Both the position numbers and the translations under genes were made by a program. The notes beneath the pieces were generated by a model that saw only the letters and a list, made by a program, of their open reading frames with translations, was not told where the DNA came from and searched no databases. From Curvularia clavata (lineage: Eukaryota): 64,000 bases of DNA. Below, piece after piece: positions 51,665 through 62,815 of this stretch (its first letter is position 1; each line of letters starts with the position of its first letter). Location of the stretch: NCBI GenBank assembly GCA_023920165.1, contig CP089277.1:248001-312000 (forward strand), given 5' to 3'.

Positions 51665-52070
51665 ACTGGCAGATTCCGGAAGATAGTTTCAAAAACAGAT
51701 TAAGGATCACAGTAGTGGCTTTAGATGATGTTGTGTGTTGAGCTATATGCGCATTTGGTGCAGTGTCTAATCCTGTTTATATATCCGAGGAGCGGCGGTG
51801 AGTGAATGGATCAATTCATCGTATGCGTGAATCCAATCAGAGATACTTTCACAAATAGAAGCAGCAGGTGGCAAGTAAACACATATGACGTGATGCCTTC
51901 ACCAATTCACTGTTGACAGACGTCCGTGCTCTACAAACGCAATTTGTTTGTCTCTACACATCAGCCACATTGTTAGCTCTCACCCACATGATCTTGCTCT
52001 ACTACCATATTTCCTCTATCTACTACAATTCAATTAGGCGTACATAAATCCCAAAATCCCCTACCCTTCC

Positions 52071-52282
52071 ATCGAGCAATAGCTCCCGCCTCAATTGGGT
52101 GGGCCTTCTAGCACAAATAACTAACTTAGGTATTTGGGCTGCAAGCTAGGAGGGGCGCTTGTCGGCCGTAGAACTCATGAGTTCGAATCCGGTGTAAAAC
52201 CATAAATAACCACAAGTTAATCGTGAGTTCGATCCGGAAGGCAGGCGTCGGGGCAGCAGAGGCGTGGAGTCTATTACTTGAT
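52071..52282 (+). ncRNA. Putative structured non-coding RNA or tRNA-derived element (Y-shaped fold, two B-box-like motifs, downstream T-tracts); identity unknown
   Basis: Terminal stem 52071-52092/52259-52282, hairpin 52104-52153 and long hairpin 52156-52247. GTTCGAATCC at 52181 and GTTCGATCC at 52227. T-rich run from ~52284. Confidence 0.45.
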
Positions 52283-52540
52283 ATTTTGCTTCTCTATTCT
52301 TCTTTTCTTTTCTTTTTTGCTTACTTGTATACTATATAGTAAATAAATTAGCGTCTAGTATCTTATATAGTATATAGTTTGCTAAGTAGAAGAGCTTTGT
52401 ATCAAGTAGTCAGAATGCATCTCTGTAACGCTCGCGATATTGCTGAAAGCGGTTAGCCCCCGCGGAGACTTAGTCAACCTCGAATCTTCTCCAAACGGCC
52501 ATCACCAACCGTCAGTACGCTCAATTGCCCAACAACCGCC

Positions 52541-53595
52541 ATGCCGCCCCGGCTCCGCGCTGTCCGCTTCGCCTCGTCGCTGCTCTGCCGGCCATGTGCC
52601 ACCCCGGTGGGCACCAGCTTCCTGCTCCCCACACAGGCCCGCCACGCCTCTATTTTATCCTCGCTCTCTGACAACACCGGCGCATACAACAAAAAGATCC
52701 GACGAGGACGCGGTCCCGCCTCCGGCAAGGGAAAGACAGCAGGACGTGGTCAAAAGGGTCAACACGCACACGGCAAAGTACCTGCTGGATTTGAAGGTGG
52801 TCAGACACCGCAATGGATCACGAATCCCGAGCGAGGTCGTGGAAAGCACAATCCGTTCAAGGTGGAGATGTCGCCGGTGAATCTAGATAGGATACAGAGT
52901 TGGATTGATCAGGGGCGATTGGACCCCAAGAAGCCGATTACGATGAAGGAGTTGGCCAAGTCGCGGTGCTTGCATGGGGTTAAGAGACATGGAGTGAAGC
53001 TTTTGGCGAGGGTATGGGAAGACCTATCCTAACTACAAAGAAGATGTGCAACAGAAGAGCTAATTTTATGTGCTAGAATCCCGAACAACTCACCACGCCC
53101 ATCCACATTGTCGTCTCGCGGGCGTCTGCAGAAGCCATCGCACGTATCGAAGCGCTTGGCGGCAGCGTAACCACGCGCTTCTACTCTCCCACTGCCATCA
53201 AGCGTGTGCTACGCGGAGAAACGCACCCTACCATCTCTCTACAAGCCTCGCCGTCCCTCGTCGCGCTCACAACCCCCACCACGCCCGCCGTCAAAATCGC
53301 CTCCCCGATCTTATCTGCCTTGCAATCCGCCGCCGACGACAAGAAGCGCGAGGCCATGGCCGCCGTGATGAAGCAAGTCGGCGAAAAGTACAAGTACAGA
53401 TTACCGGATGCTACGTCCAGAAAGGATATAGAGTATTATCGTGATCCGGCGCATAGGGGGTACCTGACGTATACGGTTAAGCAAGGGGAGAGCCCGAGTT
53501 TGTTCTTTAAGCCGCCGGGTGAGGCGAAGGATAGGAAGAGGCAGAGTGCGAGAAAGGACGCGGCCAAGGCGAGTGCGGATAATAGGTTGTTCTAG
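52541..53595 (+). CDS. MRPL10: Mitochondrial large-subunit ribosomal protein uL15m (yeast MrpL10); 2 exons, ~329 aa
   Basis: Arg-rich presequence, RGRGPASGKGKTAGRGQKGQ, GFEGGQTP and EYYRDPAHRGYL. Intron 53012-53076. Confidence 0.95.
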
Positions 53596-56500
53596 TGTGT
53601 ATCATATAACGTGTATCTGTATGGAATTGTGCACATGGATTCTGCTCACGGTGGGGGAGGGTGGGGTTTGTGTGAGATCAGAATCCTATGGTATGTGTTT
53701 GGTTATTGACGAGTGGACCTATGGCGACATCTCTTCCCATCCCTCTCATCCAAGAAAGAAACGTTTGGAATGCGACAGAGCGATATCTTCGTACCTGCCC
53801 ATTGCGAAAACCCCGCCGTCACCAATGTCATCACAAAGTATCATTCCCTCCCCATCCACTCTACCTCTCCTCGATGCGAGGGAACCCAAACCCCACGCTT
53901 CCCCCCTCTCCCTTTAGCCCGATACACATCCCCCCAATTACCGACTGTATATTAGCCGTACGCATAAAATGAAACACAGGCCCGTCGCACTCTGAAACAA
54001 GCTCGCAAGTGGAGCTCTACATCCATGGGATGTCGGCACTATGAGGGGGATGAGGGGAGGCTTGTGCGGTGAGATGAGATTACATACGTCTGATGACGAT
54101 GACGATGATGGGGGCGTTTTGAGGGAGCTTGTGCTATTTTTATTTTAGTAGAGAGGGGGGGGATGTGATATGGGAAATTAGATTAGGGATGAGAATAGAT
54201 GGGGTTATGAAGGGTTGGGGGTACGTGCGGAGGGCAGGTGAGGCGAAGTGTGTGAAAGAAGGATGTTGGAGTGGTTATTGTTTTGGTAGGCAAGGGAGTG
54301 CGTATCCGTTTACGGTTGATGAAGAGTGCGTATGTACGAGTGTTGATTCGTATGCGTGCTTAGTGCTGGAGACTTTTGCGGATATATTGAACTACCTGTG
54401 TTAATTGCTTGGTCTCGTACAACAAAGCGTCAAGTCGAGTTGGGTAAAGTTTCATGAAACGAGGAGGGCCAACGTGGGAGTTCTGTGTGACAGAGACAGA
54501 TGCCTTTGGTTTTTCCTACACCAACATTGTCGATGCGCTTGTGGTAGATGGCGGATTCGGCGTGATGCGCAGCTCTTCAGAAATAGCCTCAGGGATGCCG
54601 TCAGATCCCACACATGTACAATCTGCACTTATTCAGTCTTGTACTATCCAGCTTCCTTTATCGTATCTATGCAGAAAAGTCGTCTGTGGGGGCGACCTGC
54701 AACGCCCGTTAACATCAGCAGGAGATTTGCTTATGACTTTCTGTGTTGCGGAGCGGCATGCTTTTCTCATTCCGGACTGCGGAACCCGTCTCTGGAGCAC
54801 ATGCTCGCGTGTCACATGCAACGGACTTTTGTATCGCAAGAAAAGGCAAATGAGCATTAGTCAACAAACAACGATATCCGCAAAGGATTGGAAGCGAGGA
54901 AAAAAACAAGGATACAACACCACATGAGACAGGACAGCAACGGCGCAGGCTGACCCGTGAGGCTTCGCCTGACAAGGCCAAAGTTGTCTTCTTTGACAGT
55001 GTTGGTGGCAAGGCCAAGCTAGGTGGGTATCATCGCCAGGTGACCAAAGGAACGTTTGTACAGGAACGGCGGTACACATGAAAGCGAGTGTGGGCCGATT
55101 GCGGCGGGTGTGTGGTCTGCATATTGTTCCTTGTCAACTTCCTTTGCCTACTTTACACGCACGTCTTGACAAGGCGGTGGGCCGGCGCTCCGCCTACACG
55201 AGCTGAGTGAGACAATCTGCGCGTCTCACATCTGATTTGGCTCGACGACCGTTGGTAGTAGCCTACTTGGATTTGTTTTCCCTGTCGCTGCACGAGGCTG
55301 AGCCGCCGTGAGCATCCATCTGTGGCGACAGATTGTTAGAGGACGATGCATGACCCGCATTATACGCTTAGACGGCAGGGTGCCAAGGTATCCCGGGACT
55401 GCGGTGGTGACATGCAAGGTGGCGCGGGGGTAGGCTTGGGTTGAGGTGAGAAACACTTTCATCATTTGAAATGTTTGGAAGAGATCAAGTGTAGGTGTAA
55501 AGTGAGGTGCTGCGGCCTGGCCAGGGGTCCTCCTGCAGCCACATTTCCGTGCCGGCGATGCGGCGGTACCAAATAGTCGTCAGCTGCGAACTTCCGAACC
55601 AACAAATATGCATGATGGAATGTGACGTGCAATATCTATTAGGCGCAATGTGCTCAGACGGTCGTTGCGGAGTTGGTGACATGGTGGCTGGACGCATAAT
55701 AACACCGCCTGATTTCGAGGTGCTGCTAGTAAGCTCATTGTTGGCTATGACCAGCGCTAGGCGGGCAGCGAAACGTGGATCATGTGCTGTGTAGCCGGCG
55801 AAAGCATATTGCCCATGACAAAGTAAGGAAAGGGCCCCAATCTAGCGAGTTAGCCCCGAGATACTCTAGGCCCGAGGGGGCAGTCATCGTGGTTGGCAAG
55901 GTCCTACCGATCTCGGGACCGTTTATCGTTGGCGCAAGTAGAAGGAACATGCTGCATGGAGGAGGGAAGCAGAAGCATGGGGGGGTTTATTATGAGGTAT
56001 AAACTTGGTCACACAGAGAAGGGGGGAACCGGGCGGGGAGAGGGGATCTCCTCGCTAAACGGGGCCATGTGGCGTAACACGATGGTGACCATCATGGCAG
56101 GACGGGCTGCGGAGATGGGTGGTTTGGGTCATGTGTGAGGGAGAAGGTGAGAAAGTATGTAGTATGTGCACCGGGGACACTAGGATGCGTCGGTAGATCG
56201 ATACACAGGCCCTTGTATACATTCATGATCAATTTCCGATGCAAAGCAAGCATTGGTAACCCCTTGATGAAAAGGCTATGGCACGCGCAGAGTGTGGGTG
56301 TGGCCTGACCAGTCAGCATGCTGTGACACTGTCGGACGAATGAGTTCTCTGAAGCCGGATGGTTGCATCTCACTATACACCTTGATACAAACGGCATACA
56401 AGGTCGAGCCAGGGACGTGTCGAGGCGGGACACGGATGCCTTTGGGTTGGAATGGGTTGTTGAACAAAGGCGTAATTGTGCTGAGCGTGGGGTTCGGCAG

Positions 56501-58341
56501 TGCTTATTCGTCAGGGGTCGTCTTACCTACTGGATTGAGCGAAGCAGCGAGCGGGGAATGGATGTGAGATGGGACGGGGAAGGACGCAGTGTGAAGAAAC
56601 TAACGTTGTCAAGGCAGAGAGAGTGGATTTGTTGTGTGGCAAAATGTGTATGTAGACACACGGTGCTGAGTCGGCATGAGGCTTTTGGCTTGCACAAGAC
56701 AGTGCGTCGGTCCATGGCGCTGTGCTTTTGCAAGCGGCTAGGACGCAAGCTTGCAGGCCGGATTCAGCGAGCCGCAGCGGCGTCGAGCTTTTGACAAGCC
56801 AAGGCGAAGGAGGGCAGCGGATTTGCGGGCGGACGTGACCAAGTCGTCTCTGACTGCATCTGGGGCCGATCCAGCGGCGGGCATGCCGTAAAGGCTTGGT
56901 AAGCAGCAGGCAGTTAGTACTTGGTATGTACTGGGTTTTTTCTTGTTCCTTTTCCTTGCATGGCGCAAACCCTGGCGTGGCATGGCAGGGCAGGGCAGGG
57001 CGGATGTAGTTATCGCCGGATTGCGGCACACGATGGCTTTGCACTAGACGAGCTCCCATGGTGCGGCTCGGCAGACAGGAGGGCTGCGAAACAGACGGCG
57101 GATTTTGTATTGACAATAGATGACTTGTTCCGCAAGTGTGTACGCGTCGTATAGAAGCACGGTACGTCTCAGCGCGCGCCTGATGGGCGAGCTAATAGAT
57201 ATGCCGGAAGGGGCCTAGCGATGTCGGGTCATCCACCAGACGGGCAGTGGGATTGAGATATCCATGACGGGGCAGGACATCGGGTAACGACTCGCGCTAC
57301 TGGAGGTCGTATGGGTTGATCGGGGCGAGGGCAACGAGGTGGAAATGGAGCAAGCAATGGAACCACGATGATGAAAGGAAAGCGGAGCCGAGCGCGGGCC
57401 CCGTAGGCTCCGCTGTGTGCTATGCCGAGCTAGGCAGCATTGAGACTCGATGGCGCCGCTGGGCAGGTGCGTCATGATGGCTGGCTGTCGAGTCTCTGAT
57501 GTGATAGCATGTATGTGTGTGTATGTATGTAGTCACGTAGTATACTACTCCGTTTCCTGTTTGTTAGTGTCGACAGTCGACGCATCACCATTGCAGCATA
57601 GCGAGGACACCGCCCACAGTTGGAGCGGCGGCTGGCAGTGATTCGCCGCCAGCACAGGCTACTCAATAGCCATCCCGAGCATCCCGTTTGCCTGCAGCAA
57701 AGGCCGGACATGTTTGAGATCTCGACCCCCTCTCTATTTCCCCCCAAGACCGACATGGAACCGATACCTGATGGCACGCCGTATTATTCCAAGCACCCAC
57801 TTGATCTTCGTCGCCGACAAGTCTTGGAGCTAAAATCATGCTCCGTCTTCCCTGCCGCAAAGCGTTCGCCAGAGCCCGTGTCATGGACGCACCGTTGATT
57901 ACGCGGGCAGCCTGGGGGGTGGGGTTTTTTTCTTCTCTGTCCTTTTTTTTTTCTCACCGGCACCCCTGCAATCTGCAATGGTTACGCATGGCGGCGGTTG
58001 TTGTGCTCCACCATTCTGAGCGGCAGCCTCGTAGTAGTATTGTAACGCAGCGCTCCTCTGAGTATGGATAGCGATTACGGGGCTGATGCGTATCTGCGTG
58101 TCCCTTGTTTGCCAAAGCAATATTCCGTCACGGTTCCACGGTTAGCGCAGCGGGCCTCTGGAGGCGCTGCTGGTACTGTAGGGGCCAAGCAGGCGGACTC
58201 GAGGAGAAAGCAAACATGGCTCGACAGGAGTTTGTGCTAGTAGCAGTGAGTGGGATGGGATGAGATGAGTGGATGGATGCACCAAGCCGTGTGTGCGCCA
58301 GGTTGGAAATAAGACCGGCATGCCAGAATGCAGTAACTGAG

Positions 58342-58369
58342 GCGCTCGCGCTCGCGCTCGCGCTCGCGC
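58342..58369. repeat. (GCGCTC)n microsatellite, ~4.7 copies
   Basis: gcgctcgcgctcgcgctcgcgctcgcgc. Confidence 0.85.
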
Positions 58370-59729
58370 ACATAGACACAGACAGGCTCTTGCTCACGCA
58401 CCACATGGGCAATATGGGCACACGGCCAATATGCGTTTTGTCAGGGGCGTTCTGCAGTGCAGATTGCCTCAACTTGTTCACTCGGACGGGCGTGAATAGT
58501 AGCAAACTTGTCTAGCGTCGGGGGCTGCGGGTGACGCGATTCGCCAGAGACAGCCTGAGCCTGGCATGGCATGCCATGGCCGAGGGGGATGCAGCGGTCT
58601 GGGGGGTCCACTTGATTGCAAGTCACACGAAGCACCAAGGGCAAAGAAAAAAAGAGGATGGACGATCATCAGCAGCCAAAACTCGAAGCCTGCAAAGCGT
58701 CGCGTTGGACAGGGTTTGGGCTCGGATTTAGGGCATGGTTAGGGTAAAGTAAGACCGCTGAGTCCGCTAGGCCGCGGCCTGGGCTGCTGGCTTCGTATCG
58801 CGTCTGAGCAGGAGGGTGGTGGTCGTGGTAATGGTGGTGGTGGCAGCACACGACGGCTTTTTGCGTGCCGGGCAACCAGCCTGCAGCACGGCCACTCACA
58901 GGCGGTGCTGCCAGACGACACGGCATGGGCGGAGATGAAGCCAGCCAGCTGCTGCTGCTGCGCCTGCCGTCGACGACGACATATGGATGAGTGAGACGAC
59001 GGCGACGACGACGAAGACGACGAGCAGCAGAGTCATGATGATGATGACGTTGACCATACAATGACAACGACGATGATGGCCGAGTTATTATTGTCGTGTT
59101 ATTATTGATTGCTCCATTGCCCATGGCATGGTATGGCATGCCATGGATGCGCTGCTGCACGGCCTCGCACGACGCCATCCGCAGGCTATCTAATCAGCAT
59201 CCATTCATATGCGCTTACTGGTGCTGGCAAAAAGTTACACTGTCGACTGGCCAGAGTCGGGCGGTGCAGCTGTGCCGTTGTCGCAGCACGGCTGAGACTG
59301 CAGGCAGGGCGCAGGCCTTCCATGTAAGTATTGTCTATAGCATGTATCTAGACACGTACATTTGTTGATGCTTCACCGAGTCTGGGCTGCCATCATGGCC
59401 TTGGACGCGTGCACCAATGCATTGCGTGCTGAGACGACCCAATCACGGCCCATGTTAGGCCCTGAGGCTGTCTGGCGCGGCGCAGCTGGCCCTCGGTCGA
59501 CGGCTGGCTTAGTGCGTCGTGGCCCAGGGATGCTTTCTTCACGCCATCTGACCCGCCAGGCCCGTCGTCGCCTCTGGCTTTACTTTAGATTTGGGTCAAG
59601 CGACGGCGTGCGTCGACACACGAGGCGCTGAGGTGAGTGCCGCAGTCATCCACTGACTCTGACTGACCACACTACACGGCGCACACACACGCCGCTAGCC
59701 GTGCAGCCTCGACGATCCGGTCGGCTGTT

Positions 59730-59838
59730 GTCGTGGTAGTGGTTGTGGGGGGGTGGTAGTGGTAGTAGCAGCAGTAGAAGTGGTGGTGATGGTGGTGATG
59801 GTGGTCGTGGTCGTGGTGGTGATGATAGCAATGGTGAT
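59730..59838. repeat. Degenerate (GTG/GTA/GAT)n trinucleotide low-complexity tract
   Basis: gtggtagtggt...gtggtggtgatggtggtgatggtggtcgtggtcgtggtggtgatgat. It produces the poly-His, poly-Thr, poly-Pro and poly-Val ORFs in the track. Confidence 0.8.
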
Positions 59839-60767
59839 AGGCCCAAGTGGTAGCCGTCGTGGTAAGGGGTACTGCTCTCTCGTCAAAGAACAAACGGCCA
59901 TGCACACCCACACGCACACTCACAATCATGGCCATGGGTCTCGTGTGGCCACTCGGCAGGGTCCTGGATAGAGAGTTACATACGAGGCCGCAGTCCTAAT
60001 CAGCCCGCGCGGCTTGGCTGCTGGTGCGTGGCTGCTTCCTCGCTCTCCACTGTCCCAGTCCGGTCGCGCCTGCCCTCGCGGCGAGCCCCCGGTCGCGGTT
60101 GCTTTGTGCTCGCGTCCGTGCGCCGCGCTAGCTCCAGAAGGCGCGGTTGATGTCAGAGCGCGAGCGCGAGCGCGGCTTCTCCTTCTGGGTCCTGGCACTC
60201 GCTCTCGCACTGGATCAGCCTCTTGGTCTTGGGGCGTTCCTTCTACCCTGCTCGCCAGTGCCTGCCACTGCCTGGAACCTTCCGAGCCTTCCCTTCACCA
60301 CTCTCCGTGTGTGAATTACCTATGTTTTATTCAAATCCAACCGCCCGGAGCCATGACTGCCAATCCAGTCCGCGCGCCCCCCGTCCACCGTCCTCACCTC
60401 CACTACACCACCACCACTACCTCCACTACTCCCCTACCACCTCCCTCCCCAACACCCGCCCGCCCTGACGTCTCTTTATTGTCCCATCCAGCCCTCCACC
60501 CCGTTTAGTCACAAGCGTCCCTCCTTCGCCCGCCTGCAAGGGTCGCCTCCATTGCCCGTCCACTACCTACTTCTGACCCCCGGTGGCTGTCGTCAACAAG
60601 CACTACTATCGTTGCTTGCTCCTGGCCTCGATCCATAGTTGATCTAGCCCTGGCCTCCTCTCACTTCACCCGTCCCGACTGACTCGACTTCGCTTCGCTC
60701 CACCTCTTCCACCTCCTTCTTCTTCTTCTCCTTCATCTCCTCCACCTTCCCGTCTTGCTTGCTGGAC

Positions 60768-60851
60768 ATGCACCCAAGCTCGCCATTGTGCAAACAATAG
60801 CTACCCACACCGACGACGTCAGCCGTTTCCATGACCGACCGCTCACGTTAA
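60768..60851 (+). promoter_or_regulatory. Two short uORFs (60768-60800, 60831-60851) in frame with the cyclin ORF
   Basis: MHPSSPLCKQ* and MTDRSR*, lying in a pyrimidine-rich leader. Both stops are followed by CTAC. Confidence 0.5.
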
Positions 60852-60905
60852 CTACTCCATCTTCCAACTACACCTCTATCCTCCCCTCCCTTCGCCGTCG
60901 TCCGC

Positions 60906-62815
60906 ATGCTCGAGCTACAGCTCCCTCGCCCAATGCCTCACGCTATCCCACGGGACCATCCCTTCACCTTCTACGCTCCTGGCCCCCACGCCTCCTCCAA
61001 GCTGGACGCCGCCATGCAGCTCCCATACCCGAGGATGGCCAACGGTTACGAACACGACCCGCTCCGAACAGCGTCGAGAGCCCCGCTCACTCCCCCAGAC
61101 CTACCCGGCTCAGCACTAAGGGTCGTTTCCCTTCCGCCCAACCAAGGCTCAGGCAATCAATATGGCTACCAATTGCCCGCCATCGGCAACTCGAGATCAG
61201 CAGCAGCTCCCAGAAGCCCGAGTCCCCAACGGCAGCAAACACAGCCCCAGGACATGTCACAAACACCCAAGAAGAAGTGGACAATTTCACCCAATCTTAG
61301 GATACCACCAACCATTAACACACCACAAGAGGGCCTTCCTCAATTAGCAGCAGAGGTGAGCAATAGGCCCTTTTTTTTTCCGGCAGAGCGTTTCATCTGA
61401 CTTTGCAGGTTACATGTCTATTCTGGTTCGAGAGCTCGGCAACGCTGAAACAGGTCGTTGACACCACCTCTCCACGCCAGCCTTTGCAACCACTTGTTCC
61501 CGATGCACACCCAACAACGGGATTCAGGAAATGGGTTGCCACCATCCTGACAACAACCCAGGTAGCACAAAACGTCATCCTGCTTGCCCTCCTTTTTATC
61601 TATAGGCTGAAACAGACCAACCCAACTGTCAAGGGAAAGCCCGGCAGCGAATACCGTCTCCTGACTGTGGCGTTGATGCTCGGCAATAAGTTTCTCGACG
61701 ACAACACTTACACAAACAAGACGTGGGCAGAGGTATCGGGCATCTCGGTCCAAGAGGTGCACATTATGGAAGTTGAATTCCTCAGCAACATGCGCTACAG
61801 CCTTTTCACATCAAAGGAGAAGTGGGCCGAGTGGCACGGCATCCTGGGCAAGTTCGGCACCTTTTTCGACCAGGCCTCCAAGATTCCAGCATCTGGTGCG
61901 GTAAGCCCCGTTGGACCCCAGAACATGCTCGGTGTTCCTCCCAACGTTGTTCCGTCGCCTCCTACTCAGCAACAAACGTCTCCGCCAACCTCGATGATGT
62001 ATTCGCCGAGCCACATGGCACTTTCAAAGACCCCACTGTTGCAACCACAGGCTACATCCGCTACCGTTTCTCCCATTGGTCCTCTTCCTGAACTGGGCCC
62101 GATCCAACGCAAACGCAGCGCTGATTACACCACGGAACCACCGGCGAAGCGACAGGCTCACGGATTCGCACCTGGCCCTTATAGCAACGCACCCCCAATC
62201 CCGACCTTGCAGACCCCCGTCAATAGGTCGTTCGAGCCGCCGCCATCCGTGAACCGCTTACCGCCTCTGCCTAGCCTTTCGATACCTCCACCTCAGCAGG
62301 CCCCACCCGTTCAGGTGAAGACTTGGTCTGAGCTTCCATTGCCCGTCCCTGCAGGTCGGTCTATGGCTATGGTATACCCACCACCTGTCCAATGGCAGCA
62401 ACCCAGTAGCACTCCAACCTCATCGGGTCCACCTTCGTTCCCTCATAGTTACACATCTGCTACCGAGCAGTCTCGTCAGATCAGCCCTTACCCACCTTCC
62501 GCTGGATCCTCGCCTGTTAGTGCGTCCTACGCTGCAACAAACTCTCGCCAGTTGTCACCCTCCCATTTCCTGAACCAGCGCCAATCTCCTTATCGACCAG
62601 TCCGTGGTGTCCACACCCTGCTTGTCCCGCCACCACAAACATCCATTCACAACCCAGCTCGCAACATTGCATACGAGCAAATGCAGTACCAGCCTCTGGG
62701 ACGTCCCATGACTGATCGTCGCTCAGGCCTGCTGCCCTACATGGACCGTAGTGCCTGGCCCGAGACGAATCAGTTCAACCAACTTCCTGTTCCCCAACAA
62801 CCCATCTTTCGGTAG
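60906..62815 (+). CDS. Pho85-type cyclin (Clg1/Pcl/Mug80-like) with long Pro/Ser-rich tail; 2 exons, ~618 aa
   Basis: Cyclin box FRKWVATILTTTQV..LLALLFIYRLK..GSEYRLLTVALMLGNKFLDDNTYTNKTWAEVSG..MEVEFL. Intron 61356-61408. Confidence 0.92.

Noticed and set aside
52101..52202. tRNA gene suggested by GTTCGAATCC and a downstream CCA
   Set aside because: The T-stem does not pair, and no acceptor or anticodon arm can be built. Reported instead as an unidentified structured element.
58737..58746. GGTTAGGGT, a possible telomerase RNA template on the minus strand
   Set aside because: A 9-nt match is expected by chance in 64 kb. No pseudoknot or CR4/5-like element could be identified.
59646..59971. 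Poly-His, poly-Thr, poly-Pro and poly-Val ORFs
   Set aside because: These are translations of a trinucleotide microsatellite.
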